From: Macrostomum lignano | Taxonomy: Eukaryota | Reading direction: 5' to 3' | Assembly: GCA_002269645.1 (NCBI GenBank) | Contig: NIVC01000793.1 | Location: 248,001 to 312,000, forward strand | Length of the DNA: 64,000 bases | Shown here: positions 22,014-35,565 of the stretch, piece after piece | Layout: every line of letters begins with the position of its first letter | Numbering within the stretch: the first letter of the stretch is position 1 | The notes under the pieces: model-generated | Databases searched by the model: none | Seen by the model: the letters and a program-made list of their open reading frames with translations, nothing else | What the model was told of the DNA's origin: nothing | Made by a program: the position numbers and the translations under genes

Positions 22014-22259
22014 TATAAGGAAGGTGGTTTTAAAAAATAATAAAATTATTTATATTTTAAACAAATAAAATTAATCCTCTAATCTATAATAATGATACAT
22101 AATTAGAGTTTTTAGCAATAACTTTTAATAGTTTTATATAAGGAAGGTGGTTTTAAAAAATAATAAAATTATTTATATTTTAAACAAATAAAATTAATCC
22201 TCTAATCTATAATAATGATACATAATTAGAGTTTTTAGCAATAACTTTTAATAGTTTTA
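22014..22259. repeat. Tandem duplication of a 123-bp AT-rich unit abutting the mariner right end
   Basis: TATAAGGAAGGTGGTTTTAAAAAATAAT... starts at both 22014 and 22137. Confidence 0.9.
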
Positions 22260-23024
22260 TATAATTTTAATTAAAAAAACATTAATTCTATCATTAATTC
22301 TAGTCTAAAATGAAAATCTTTTATAATATTATTATTTTGTTTTTTATAATTTTATAAAAATATTAATATTTACATTAAAATTTACATGCTTTCCAAAATC
22401 TGTTTAGCCTATTATTATACATAGAAATTTGTATGCCAAAATGATATGATTTTGTATGCCAAAATATATAAGTACCAACTTCAAACGAGGTCATTTGTAT
22501 ATTAGAAATTTCTATCATATATGTAACCTTCCAGGGTCTAGCACTAGATGCTATCTACATAAATTATACATATATTTACATATTGCTATTTATATAAATA
22601 TATTTATTTTATATACTATTATGTCTTTTGTGTATATACCTAGAAAAACTACTTATAAGAGCATATGTTTAGTTTTAAAGATATAATAGAATCCTAAAAT
22701 TATAAAGCAGTATCTTAAAAAATTCAGTTGCAATATTTTTATTGCTAGTTTTGGTTTTATGCTTGTCTGAAGCTTTTTAATTTTATAGCTACAGAATGTG
22801 GATTTCAAGCTATAAATAACTTGCTTTCAAGTATCTAAAAGAATAAAAGTTCAATTTCTCTATACCACTTCTCTACTCTACAATGCATTTCTATAGTACA
22901 CTAGCAGCTCTATAGTATAGAAGGCTAAATCTCCTATGTACAGTCTGTGCTATAATAACTCTAAAGTAAGCTAGTATAGGCAAAAAAGCTTACCACCAAT
23001 ATAAGTAAAGCAATTTCCTATCTG

Positions 23025-23177
23025 ATGCCAATGAGCCATCAGAGCAACCTTGTCAGTTCAGGTCCAATGTCTGCCCCAACTGGCACTGGATCTCAGTTGG
23101 CACCTGTCACTGTTCACAATGTTTACATCTTTGATAAAAATGGTACCTGTCTGTATTTTTGCGAATGGCCTTCGCAA

Positions 23178-23209
<32 letters not shown>

Positions 23210-23567
23210 GCAAAAAGAAGCCTCTGAGCACGAAGATCGTACTCGTCTGATGTATGGTCTCATCTACAGCATTCGCACCCTGGCTGCCAAACTCTGTCCA
23301 GTCGGCGAAATCAAAGACGCCACCTATTTGGCATACGTGACTAGCCAATATAAATTCCACCTGTTGGACGTGCCCACTGGACTGAAGATTGTGCTCAACA
23401 CAGACAAATCTGCCGGCTCCATGCGCCACCAGCTGGAGACCATATATTCTAAAATATACGTTCCGTACGTGGTTCTCAATCCCGAGTGCAACCTCGGCGA
23501 TCCTGTGAGCAGTCGGCTATTTGCTGATAGCCTTAACGAATATTTGCTGACGTTGCAGGCGAAGTGA
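23025..23567 (+). CDS. trappc1: Trafficking protein particle complex subunit 1 (Bet5), single exon, with a ~13-Gln insertion
   Basis: TVHNVYIFDKNGTCLY..EW..LMYGLIYSIRTL..K..Y.TSQYKFH..PTGLKIVLNTD..IYSKIYV.YVV.NP matches the TRAPPC1 longin-like fold. Confidence 0.9.
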
Positions 23568-26500
23568 AAGTCTTGGATTCGTCAGGGACGCTAAAAGAAG
23601 CAAATGCCAGTCCGAGTTTTGCCCGCAATGCTTAGTAACTCTTGATAAAGAGATTTACCCAATCAAAACGTTTTGGTAGTAACTGCATATCGAATGTAGA
23701 TTTTTCTTATACTTTTCATTTCTATATACATACAGGGGTACATCATGTCGGCTTGTCCCCTAAATCTGTTTATTAAGACTTACTAAGCATTGGGAGACAA
23801 CGCAGACAAAATCTGCTGCTTGGCTAAATACGCTGTGCACAGGAAAAAACATTGCGGGCAATTCTCATGAACCCCAGTCCATGTATGCTACAATAGATTT
23901 GCTGCGTCAATTTCGCTTTCATCTAGCCAGTAATTTTTGTTTTGAGCAGGCAAATTCCACAAAGTTAATAAATAGTTCTAAATTTTGCTTTGCGAATCCA
24001 AAGCAAGATTCGTGTACAATTACTATTCTTTCGCAAAGGTTGGCTTATAATTATCTGTGACGCAGCGTAGCGACTTTTTCAATTCACTTTTTATTCATGC
24101 GCTGTAATATTGTTGTAAAACTCATCAACGTTAGAAAATTAAACACTGATTAATAATAGCGCCGTGTCCGCGCTATGCTACTAGATGAGGCTTATTTAGT
24201 AGCGAATAATGCTTATAGCTACTGTTCTGCTGCATCCAGCTTTTGCTTATAACTACAATATTGATACTGAGTTTTTATGTCTCTATAAATGGAGAATGTT
24301 ACAAAAGCTTTTGCAAATTGTTAATATGTTTCATTTCAGAGCAAAAGATACATTAAATTTTCTTGCATTTATTTTTTTTACCACCATTCACCATACTTAG
24401 CTTTTTATATAGCTTTTTGTAAGCCTAGGTGTGGGGCCTTGTATACACAGGCGTGAAGACTTGGAGCTTATGGATATGGACAGTGTTAGGGCTTGTAGAT
24501 AGGCTCGTTAGCTATATCATTCGCCAGGATCATCTTTCTCACCAATTGAGTATAGCAACCATTCTTAATTGATCCATAATGACCATATAATTCGTGCAGA
24601 TGTACTTTGGATTGGAACCTTTTCTTGCTTAACATGAGGTACTTCTCAAGTGCGCTTAATCGGTGCGGCCAAAGCATTTCCATTATATAAATTAACTTGT
24701 GTCCGAATTTCCTCTAGTGGCTTCCCGAGTTTTCAGCCGTGGAATGATTTCTGAACCTGTGCATAATTGCATAATATATAGGCGTGCTAATTGTGTATGT
24801 AACAAGCCCTCTGACTCCGCTTAATGGCAAAGTATGCATAGGCTGATGGCTCGGACTACTAGATTCTTGCTGTATTGTCACGCAGTCACCGCAAACCGGA
24901 TGCCACATCTCGTTCACAATCGCGTGAGAGCAATACTTTTGATTATTTTATGGTTATGCTTTATGTGCTGCTCTATATTTAGCAGCGCGTCTACCATTGA
25001 TGAGTTAGACCTCTATGCGCTTGCACTAATTCCCTTTTCCATTTCGCTTTTATCTGGCGACCAACTCGGGTTCTATTTAATCCAGAGGGATTTTTTACGT
25101 TAAACTAAGCTGCTAAGATTTTTTGGCCGGTCACGTACGTGAGCTTCGAGAAAAGATGTGAACTGTTTGCGTCCGCTCCGGACACCGGACCTATAAGCAG
25201 ACAGCTTCTCAGGAAATTGCATCTGCCGATTTTGAATCCACTATTCTATAGAGGATTTCAAAGTTGAAATCTACGAGTACAAGGGCTGTCCCAAAATTAG
25301 CTAGTGTTTTTTCATTATATCTCTCGTTCTGATGATCCAAATAACGCCCTTTCGTACAATTTTATAGCGGCAAGTCTCTATATTATGATCTCATAGTTCT
25401 AACATTCTTTATAACAGACAATCAAAACAAGTTATGAACAAAAGTTGTGACTCGTAAGAGATATTATACTTCAAGTATTTGAGGTCGGGCTCGTGGCTGA
25501 CTGCCGCTAACCAGAATTGCACTTATTCTTATAACGAAGAGGATATATTTAGAAAATTAAAATTCCTTTTGAGGGAGCTATTTATATAAATCAAGAGGGC
25601 CGAAACTATTGAATATCACCAATTCAACCACTTTAAAGCTCACTTTCAGGGAGGTTATTGACATAAGATCCCCCAGAATGCAAATAATGTCCCGGAAAAT
25701 CTATATCTTATATCTATATCTATATCTAGGGCGTTATCCGATATTACTGAATAGTAGGACCATAGATAATTAAAATACTGCGCTCGCAGTCCCAAGACTC
25801 ACAGCTACCACAAAAAATTACCAGTAACTCGACTATAAGACTTACAGCAAGTCAAAAAGCTAGCGAGAAAGTACTCCGCGTACTTTTGATTGAATGTACT
25901 CAAACTTTGCTGTTAGACTGCTGTCTAAGAGACGTCTATAGTAAACCTAACGATGAAATCGTATCTTCAGTTAACGTTTTTAACATACGATACGATACAC
26001 TATACAGGATAATGTTACAGTAAGGTTACAGTCTGCTGATACTGCATTTGCACTTTTATCATTTCCGTTTGCATACAGATGGCTGTTTGGGAACTCTGGG
26101 AGGTTCTTTGACTGTTAATTCGACGCGTGCATTCAGATATTTCATTTTTCACTTTCAATTTCACTGAAACGCCGAAGAAAAAAGGAAGGCATCTACACGG
26201 TGAAAGTACCACAAACGCATGAAAAAATGAAGTTAACTGCATCTGCATGCCTATATATTTGCAAAAAAGGTTGAGTTGTTTGATTTCTCATCGAGCGATC
26301 CGCACTCGATTGCTATTGCATATATACTGTCTCAATGATAGACCACGAGATTACATCCTGTTTCTCTCCTCAACCAGGCGGAAGGATGCCTATATTCTCA
26401 GCAAATACCCTGTTCTGAGCTCTCCCAGGGACCCCGCCTCTCATTCGATCTTTCCTGTATCCAGAGATGATTCCTATGTATAGGAGCCTAACTTCCTTTT

Positions 26501-28448
26501 TTCTTACCAGTAATTACGAAATGCAATTTTGCATCGCGGGTATCTAAATAATTAGTGGTCTCATGAAAGCTAAATTATGCATATTATCGCTAATGCGTGC
26601 ATCATTATCAGGCGTGCAATGGCAATTGGAGTGCTTGTTAGAATAATCAATCACTTGCAGGCCTGAATTTCGTCAGCAAAAGCACTTTCTTAGGTGCTAG
26701 CATGGATTGAGAATAGTTGAGACAAAGAGGGCAAACCGGAGCTAGGAGCCTAGTAAAGTATTAAAGGTAAAGCTTTCTGTACTTGAATGCATTTAGAGTC
26801 TATAGTTCTTGCTTCTCATGTACCAACGAGTGCGACCAGGGTGCGTATACAGTTGCACCTCGCATACTAGCCCAAGCCTCTTATTGTCTCAGCGTGGTTT
26901 GCGGAGGGAACTGTTGAGAGAATTCAATCTTGTTCATTAAAAGCTCTGCAAGTGCGTGAATAATAATTAGTCGTTAATTAAGGGTGCCGACTGGTATATT
27001 TCATAAAAGCAAGTCCTGCTATAGGGAAGCTCAGAATACCCCACTTCGTTAAGTTTTTGAGACGCAACAGACTATAGTTCATGTACTAGTATATAGTGTA
27101 AACCGATCTAGAATTTCTAAAACAATATCGGGAATGGCAGGCCCATGATCGTTTGTAATTTTTTCGCAGAGTCAGCTGGAGCAAAGATTATTGAGAATTT
27201 CGTGTGCCATCGGTACACCTCTAGGACTTACATGAGAAATTTTCGCGGCCTTCAGTTTTACTGGGAAAAACCTATGAAAAAGTGAGCCTGTGCAGTTTCA
27301 AATCATGTTTCTGTGTCCGTAATTGAGCGTGTTTTCTCTTACTGGTATTTCTTTTATACCTCCATGGAAAATCTGAGGTTACATTTTCCGGAGACCCATT
27401 TCATCAGCTTCACAGTCCAGGGATCTTGCCTCTTGCATCTTCGTATTGGATTTGGGTAAACTTTTGCAATTTTTCGGTATTATTTCTGTCGGTCATAAAT
27501 GGTATTTCCGTTTTTTTATTGTTGCCTGTCTTTAATTGCGGCATCTGCGAATGCGGGGCGATAACTAAGTTCTATGAGATGAAAAGTTCGTCTTCTGCGG
27601 TTTGGAATTCGGATTTTTGCAAAGAGAACAAGAGCGTAAATAATTAACGATGGTTTAAAACTTGGAAGCTGGGTACCATAGCATTGCCTGCGCCTACCGC
27701 CGCCATCTATGTTTGAGTGCCACCTGTTCTAGTTTCGAATGCCATTAGCTAGCAGCAGGTTGTTTATAGAAGGGGCAAGAAAGCTGGTTCAAGCGATAAT
27801 TTGCGAAATGGAATTCGCTCGTTCCATGGCTTCAATTCACCTTCACCGGAGAAGCAAGTAATGATAGAAATCTCGCGGCAACTACGCTCGTATATTTGTC
27901 CCGAGCTAAGTACAAGCCAAGGCAATCGTACTTAGACCATGGAAGATGCTCGTATTCAAGAACTCTAAATTGAACTAGGCAACTGCAAGCTCTTGCTTAT
28001 GGTTTGATCTCTGAAAGTTACATATGTATACCTAATGCACAGTCTCATTATAACGCATCGAATCTCGGTACTATGAAGTATACATTCTCGATAATACCTA
28101 ATGTAGCAACAAAATTGTGCGGACTGCCGACAGAATTGATCACTCAATTGAAAATTTCATTTGTTGGTTTTTACCTTTTTTAACCTTAATTTAAGGTATA
28201 TTTATGCTTCATACCACCATCCTATGAGCCATCAACTTACACTGAGGGTACAAAGACCACATTTTTAGTATATAGGACTAGCGATCAGCGCCCCCGTTAG
28301 GGAGACAACAAAAAAGAATAAACATTTTGAATAAACTGCATGTATATTCTAACCTCTCAGTCTTGACATCTCAGCAATTCCCCCGTAAGGGTAGTATTAT
28401 ATGAAGTGACTTCATTTGACGGCGGTGTGAAGCATGTATACGTGCGCA

Positions 28449-28778
28449 CAGGGGCGTTGTCATGGATTTTATGGTGGGGGGGACAAGGCCAAGAATTCTA
28501 CATTTAGCTCTTCGTACAATATTTTCAGAATCGGTGCTGTCAGCGCTCATTTGGCGCTGCAGGCACTCATTTTGGCGCCGCAAGCACTCATTTTGGCGCC
28601 ACAGGCACTCATTTTGGCGCCGCAGGCACTATATTTTGTCGCTTTGAAGCAAAATTATTGATTTTCATAACGGGTCATGAAGTTGGGTGGGGGGGGACAA
28701 AGCATTGGCATATCCCCCCACAACTTTTACTGGGGGGAGGACATGTCCCCCCTGTCCCCCCCGGTGGCGACGCCCCTG
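28449..28778. mobile_element. Complete 330-bp hAT-type MITE with internal 21-bp tandem repeats
   Basis: CAGGGGCGTTG...CGACGCCCCTG; 8-bp flanks CGTGCGCA / CGTACGCA; about 4 copies of GCAGGCACTCATTTTGGCGCC. Confidence 0.85.
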
Positions 28779-29329
28779 CGTACGCACGAGTACAAAGGAG
28801 TATACTAAGTATCAGACAGAATTGGATGCGGCACTAAAATATCAATGAAATTCACTTCATTTTAGTCCTTGGGCAGACAATAATATTTACTCGCACTTTC
28901 TATTTTTCATTTAGAGAAAACAAAATGAGCCGAAGCAATCTAAAACCACGGCTTCAAACATGGGCTGGTGGCTGATTTATAAAGAAAAAATTGAATGAAT
29001 CTTTGATAGGAAAAATAGCGGAGCAAATTAACAAAGACGATATTCTTTGGAAATTCGTACCCCCTCCGACATTTCTTTTAAGCTAAAGATGACAAAAGCA
29101 CCAACAGCTGGTGCCTGACGAGTCCATTGTGCCAATTTTTTAATGCATTGATTCGATGCGGGTAAAGCTTCGATAAACAAAGAAACCGATTGCGTGCCGA
29201 ATAGAATAGCCCTTTCATACGCTTTGTTCGACAATGGCATCAGCAGAGCTTTAAAATCCTCCGAAAACCATAGGCCCAGTGGGTCTTCTATTGAAAACCC
29301 GAAAATTCACTACTCCTCGAAGGTCTGAT

Positions 29330-29500
29330 CAAGCTGGCCCGGCGCTGATGAAAGCGAGCAGGTAGCAAGGTAACAAGCAGGTAGTCGCGCCAGCATCAGC
29401 CAGCACGCAGTCGACGAGTGCCTTCAGAGTCAGCAGCAGAACTTCCTGCACTGGCTGCGGGCAGTAGGACTCGGCTCGGATGATGTGGCTTGCCAGCTGC
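29330..29500 (-). mobile_element. 3' end fragment of the same RTE-like LINE (copy 4)
   Basis: RQLASHIIRAESYCPQPVQEVLLLTL..VDCVLADAGA; nucleotide match to 12270-12400. Confidence 0.75.
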
Positions 29501-31371
29501 CTAAATTTAGAAGTATCATATGCGATTATAAGTATCAATGGTGTAATTCGCTACAAAACGGAAATTTCCGAAGCAGACGGACACAGGCCAGTTGTTTTCA
29601 AAGATATCCGATTGTCTGCCTGTTGATCGGGCGGGCGCGTCTTCTGCCGATTAAAATAGCGACGTAATTTAAGATGTGTAGCGGATATGGGCTAGCTGTT
29701 GGAGCATTCTAATCTCCAATTGATTTACATCTCTTGTCATCTTCATCAGTTCAATTCCTTTCTCTCCTGTCCCATTTCTGTGGAAGATTCAGAGTCATGT
29801 CTTGTTCAATTCGAGTTGCCCGGCAGCCATCCGATAGAGCTATTGAGGGCCTTCTGATACAAGCAACAACGCGAAGCAGTTTATGATCAAAAGTAAAGCA
29901 TGGGATGCTGGGATGGGAAGCAGTTTAAGCAGCCAATGCCACTGAAGCAATCTGGGCGTGTCACAGTAACAATTTTCCTTCTTGAATTTGAGCTGTGTAC
30001 TCTTACTCTTCTGCTTCTCAAGGTCGCTCGCTCTTATTTTCTGTCCAAAAATCAAGCGACTATTATAAAACTTGCTCAAGAGTATCAAGAACTATGGTTT
30101 AGCTGCCTTCTGGCCAGGATCTTTCTGAATTATCGATTTTGATCAAGCTGGCACTTTGACTTGCGCCTTGGGGCCACTTTAGGTACCCAATATGGGAACC
30201 TTCATCAAAGCTGAAAATGTAAATTCTCGACGTGAGACTGCGAGACTCCTAAAATAAAAGAATCAAAAGTTGACTGGCATAAGTGCACACGAAAATGTTT
30301 TAGATACATTGATCTAATTAACATACTAAAGTGGGTTAGATTTCAAAGACAGGAAAATAAATTAACATTTCCTTTAATTAGGGATTCGATAAAATTAATA
30401 ACTCTTTGTGAATAAATCGCAATTTCGCAAAGTTTACAGCAAAACTCGACAGAAACATTCCTACAAGCGAGTTGGTTCGAGTTGGGAATGCAATTTTGCC
30501 GGCTTACAAGTTTACCAAGAGCAATTCGTTGGGAAGCCATGCCAGTCTCAGAGGATGAAGTAAGGTAATAAGACGCCTGGGAACCCCCAACTGAAGCTTG
30601 TTGAAGTTCGCTGCTCATCAAATTTCCTGTCCGACTAAGCAATTAAGCAGCGGAATCGGTGTGCTTCCTAATCCTGACATCGCCTGCAGGACAGCAAAGA
30701 GCCGGGGGTGGGGCACGCCAAGGAGTCCACAGGCCAGGGTGTTAGCAAGCCCTGGTTAGAGCAGGCACAGGCATGGCTCACTGTGCTCTATCCTGCTTCC
30801 CTAGGGACCTGTATACGGATTGGCATTGTCCCCTGGGCGGATAACCTTTATCCTTGGTCGACCTGTCGTTTGGTAGGCAGCCTTTGCAGGCCGCGGTGGG
30901 AGCTGTCTCGGTATGGGAAACTGTTACGAAGCGTGGAACTTTTCAAGAAATTCCTCATCCGCTTTTCGGTGCCTTCGCGTTTCCTGCAGCCAGCAGTCAT
31001 CCCGTGCCGATCTGTCACGAGAAGCGAGAGAAGCAGCACTCCTGAAAAACTCCATTAGGAAGATTTTACACTTCGCATTGCGAGCAACAATAAGGTGCAT
31101 TTGTGACTGCATGGGCTTAAGCCAAAGTATTGGGAAATCTGTCTGAGCACGCATTGGCCTTGCCGGATTGCAGGAACAATAAGGACTTCAAGCTGAAAGC
31201 GGACTGTAAATCTTCTATCCGAGGTGTAAAAATGACTGGAGCACTTTGGTATTCTCTGAATTTGCGCTCTGTAATCTCGATAGCATACCGAATCTCCTTA
31301 ATAATGCATTTGTTGTAAGCTTTGGCTTATGAAAGAAAGGACGGAAGTTTGCATTTGCTCATACTCAAGAT

Positions 31372-31647
31372 ACATACTCAAGTAGACTACTCAAGTAGAC
31401 TACTCAAGTAGACTACTCAAGTAGACTACTCAAGTAGACTACTCAAGTAGACTACTCAAGTAGACTACTCAAGTAGACTACTCAAGTAGACTGCTCAAGT
31501 AGACTACTCAAGTAGACTACTCAAGTAGGCTACTCAAGTAGTAGACTACTCAAGTAGGCTACTCAAGTAGACTACTCAAGTAGACTACTCAAGTAGGCTA
31601 CTCAAGTAGACTACTCAAGTAGGCTACTCAAGTAGACTACTCAAGTA
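31372..31647. repeat. 13-bp tandem repeat (ACTCAAGTAGACT), about 21 copies
   Basis: Direct inspection; a reverse-complement unit recurs at ~32637-32659. Confidence 0.9.
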
Positions 31648-32660
31648 GAAGGACGAGAAACTACGTTTCTTGGAAAATTTAAGGAGGCAGCAGTTTTACC
31701 GAAAATTAATACATTACAGAAATAGGTGGTTTACAGTTTTTCAGCGCATTTTTAGCAGGCAGGCCCAGTTATGTTCATCTTTTGATATGTCTCGCCTTTC
31801 TTATAGCTCTATTGATATTTATAAAGCTTCTTTTAAAAAATGATCATTTTATGTTCATTTTATATCCTACGCGCAATCGTACATAGTGATATACAGTGCC
31901 TAAAAATAATAAAATGGCACAGCTCGACTCATAGGCTTTACGAATCCATTTTATCATTTTAGCTTTATGTGTAACTTGCAACTAATGTAACTAAAACACA
32001 AAACACTGCTGTTCGAGCGATTTCGTCAGCGTCCAGGTCTCTGCATTGTTCAACTGTACGGTCTCAATCACCGCCTGGAACTTCTGGCGGTCAGGCAGGG
32101 CCTCGGAATGCAGGACAGCCCTCACGGAACGGAAAGCAGCCCAGGCAAGTCCACGGCGACGTCGCAGATCCTCGCGAGCGTCCGGCACCAGACCGCCGAG
32201 GTAGAAAAACTGCTGACAGCGTTGAAGCCTCGTCACCTGTCCATCAGCGCCTGGGTAGAAAATCGCAGCCTCGATGTCGTCCGGCACGCAGAGCACGACG
32301 GTCTTCTGCGTGTTGACCACCAGGCTGACACTCGCCGCAACGCTCACCACCCGGCAACTGGCGATGGGTGTCCTCGAAGACTCTCCGGTTGGCGTCGACC
32401 CACGCCTCGAACCAACGTTGCCGGCCTCGCCGGTTTCGCTCACGCCGACGTACAAACTCGCCGGCGCTCGATTCGCTGCCCTCGCTTGGTAGAAAGACAA
32501 TGCATATCAAAATATGAAGCTTGGGTCTGCCTCCTATCAAAAGCAATACCAGTTTTTGTACTTAAAAAATAAAAACCTCAAATTTCATAATTTCTTTTTT
32601 TCGGTAAAACCTGCCTTCTAAAATTTTCCAAGAAACTTCTACTTGAGTAGTCCTTGAGTC
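31630..32660. mobile_element. Long-TIR (foldback-like) element enclosing an RT fragment
   Basis: Left arm GACTACTCAAGTAGAAG..GTTTCTTGGAAAATTT..GGCAG..TTTTACCGAAAA..AGGCAGGCCCAG..TTCATCTTTTGATATG is mirrored at 32495-32655; a partial arm copy lies at ~55590-55690. Confidence 0.6.
32005..32490 (-). mobile_element. RTE-like LINE fragment (copy 3), internally deleted
   Basis: VAASVSLVVNTQKTVVLCVPDDIEAAI...RRRRGLAWAAFRSVRAVL...NAETWTLT in ORF 31991..32500; the YADD segment is missing. Confidence 0.85.
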
Positions 32661-33029
32661 ATCCCCGCGTGAGAAGCCTCAATGCGCAACTTCGACCTCC
32701 CCTGGTTTGTTTAGCAATTTCTCACTTCAGCTCTTCACTGAACAGTGACAAATGACGCTGCTTGACCTGCTGTGAAAATCTCTCATCGACTCGGCTGTGC
32801 CAGTTAATCGTGTTCGTGAATATGCAATGCCGAATCAGGGTGATATTTATTAAGTTCAGCTGAGGTATTGATTTCTAGCTCCTTTTTTCGGTCCACTAAC
32901 ATTTTTTTCGAAATTGCAGGGAAACTGAAGTCGATTAATTTTATTGGATATCCGCTATAGACCCCCCAATCTAACCACTTGCTGTGTTCATAACTTCCCT
33001 CGTAGATTAGGTAAATCCTACTCTACTCT

Positions 33030-33972
33030 ACTCTCTGATGAGCACAAAGCGTAATCTCTGATTTACACTAGGGTGAGGTGAAGCAGAAAGCCTACTCTCT
33101 GATGTACACTGGGTGAGGTGAAGCAGAAAGCCTACTCTCTGATGTACACTGGGTGAGGTGAAGCAGAAAGCCTACTCTCTGATGTACACTGGGTGAGGTG
33201 AAGCAGAAAGCCTACTCTCTGATGTACACTGGGTGAGGTGAAGCAGAAAGCCTACTCTCTGATGTACACTGGGTGAGGTGAAGCACAAAGCCTACTCTCT
33301 GATGTACACTGGGTGAGGTGAAGCACAAAGCCTACTCTCTGATGTACACTGGGTGAGGTGAAGCACAAAGCCTACTCTCTGATGTACACCGGGGTGAGTT
33401 GAAGCACAAAGCCTACTCTCTGATGTACACTGGGTGAGGTGAAGCACAAAGCCTACTCTCTGATGTACACTGGGTGAGTTGAAGCACAAAGCCTACTCTC
33501 TGATGTACACTGGGTGAGGTGAAGCACAAAGCCTACTCTCTGATGTACACTGGGTGAGGTGAAGCACAAAGCCTACTCTCTGATGTACACTGGGTGAGTT
33601 GAAGCACAAAGCCTACTCTCTGATGTACACTGGGTGAGGCGAAGCACGAAGCGTATTCTCTGATGTACACTAGGGTGAGGTGAAGCACAAAGCCTACTCT
33701 CTGATGTACACTGGGTGAGGCGAAGCACGAAGCGTATTCTCTGATGTACACTAGGGTGAGGTGAAGCACAAAGCCTACTCTCTGATGTACACTGGGTGAG
33801 GTGAAGCACAAAGCCTACTCTCTGATGTACACCGGGGTGAGGTGAAGCACAAAGCGTATTCTTTGATGTACACCGGGGTGAGGTGGAGCACAAAGCCTAC
33901 TCTCTGATGTACACCGGGGTGAGGTAAAGCACAAAGCGTACTCTCTGATGTACACTGGGGTGAGGTGAAGCC
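33030..33972. repeat. 40-bp minisatellite (CCTACTCTCTGATGTACACTGGGTGAGGTGAAGCA(C/G)AAAG), about 23 copies
   Basis: Direct inspection; explains ORFs 33292-33893. Confidence 0.93.
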
Positions 33973-35364
33973 TGATCAGGTTTTGTGTGCCAGAGCAAAT
34001 AACAAGTAAATGATGTTTTGAAGTTGAAATTCGTATTGAATTAAATGATGAGCCGTCTGAGGATTAGTCAAAAATAAAAATAAAAGTAAAAGTCCGCTTA
34101 TTTGAAAAACTATCGCCCTTGAAAACCAATGTCCCGTTCCGGCAAAACATGGCGCGCCATACAGCATTTCTGTCCAGAAGCTTGCGAAGCGTTCTAGCAA
34201 TTTTCGCTAGCTTTTTTGTTGGGTCTTCTCGGAATTCGCTCTCGAAATTTTAGCTTTTTCTCCAACCCCACCTCCGCCGCTCAGGTTTGCATGGCCTGCT
34301 ATTGCTTTTGTTGTCACTGGGGAGAAAAGCAGGTTGCTAGTCTGTCCGCATCCCTTTCCCTGTTCTATTTGCTCTTGGACCGTCCTGCCCTGGCACCCCC
34401 CCACTCACCAAATCGCCTGCCTCTCCCTCAGTCACGTTCTGAAAGCAAGGAGCACGGACTGGGCGAGCTAGCTGTGTCCGCATCCAACTCCCCACTCTGA
34501 CTCTCTCGCCTATATCCCCAACTAGCTCTTTCGGCCCCATCCATTCAGACTGTTTCATTTTGTCTCTCGCCCCGTCCTTCCGTTTCCCAGCTCTTTTCTG
34601 ACGCGCCACAATTGCGCGCGCCGTCGAATCGGAAGGGGAAGCAGCCAGACTGGGAGAGAAGGGTGGAGGGAAGTCCAAAATTGCCTATCTGTGTTTGGTA
34701 GTCGCAGGCTCGATTCAAACAGACAGCCACCGCGCCAGCAGCTGGGCACCCCAGCTCAGTTGAATGTCTGCGACTCAGTCTCATTCCAGCTGGCTGTCCG
34801 TCAAAAATATAAATCCCAGTGGCTGTGGTCCGGCCGGGATTGGTTTGGACTTGGATTTTGATTAAACCGACTCTGCTAGCTATGCAGACTCACACGCTTC
34901 GTTGAGTGAGAGATGGCGCGGTTAAGGGGAACAACGAGAGAATAAAAAATTTATTGGAAAACCTCTTCATCATGGATTTTCAATGCGTTTGATTGAACGC
35001 AAATTTAGTGTTATAGTCAATTTTGATGATTTTTTAAATCAGATTTCAAGCCAGTTGTTGCTAAAGAGTTCTGCACCCCTCCCGCTGTACACGTACCGGC
35101 AGAATGGCCTCAACCCCCTTTGCTGTACATCTAGTACTATCCATTGTGAAAGCTTCTGTACCGGAATTTTTAGTACAGGCTCGTCATTCTCCCCTTTCTC
35201 TATCTTCCCTCTCGTACTCAGTTTTTATACTGGTATGGACGTTTTTAAAGCTGAAAATTGAATGCAAGCCTGGAATCTCTGTACTCGGGTGTCTCCAGCT
35301 AGGGTGAATAAATGTCGATAAAGTAACACTGACAATGAGGCAGTGCCTTTGTTCAATCGCAATA

Positions 35365-35565
35365 TAATTAATAATAATTATTATTGGTTACACCTGCCCT
35401 AATCTGCAGATGTGCAACCGACAGCTCAGCCGCAGCTATTGCGCAGCGCATCTGAAAGCTGCGTACGGCTGTTCAGTGTATAAGGACTGGGGGGTCGCCA
35501 CACACACCCTCAATTGCCCCAGCTAATGCTGGCACCCATTTTACAGCTGGGTGAACTGAAGCAAT
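35365..35565 (-). mobile_element. 5'-truncated copy of the tRNA-SINE with (TAA)n-like tail
   Basis: Reverse complement of ~11135-11320 at high identity. Confidence 0.85.

Noticed and set aside
25278-25305. Tc1/mariner-like terminus TACAAGGGCTGTCCCAAAATT; also a solo hAT-like end GGGATTGCATTCCCTA at 55091-55106
   Set aside because: No partner end found in the window; at most solo remnants.
30924-31154. Weak retrotransposon gag-like pattern (EFF...W...EEFLEKF)
   Set aside because: Similarity too vague without an HMM search; no LTR, PBS or pol nearby.
33030-33972. CRISPR-like array
   Set aside because: Head-to-tail 40-bp units with no unique spacers and no cas genes; eukaryotic context.
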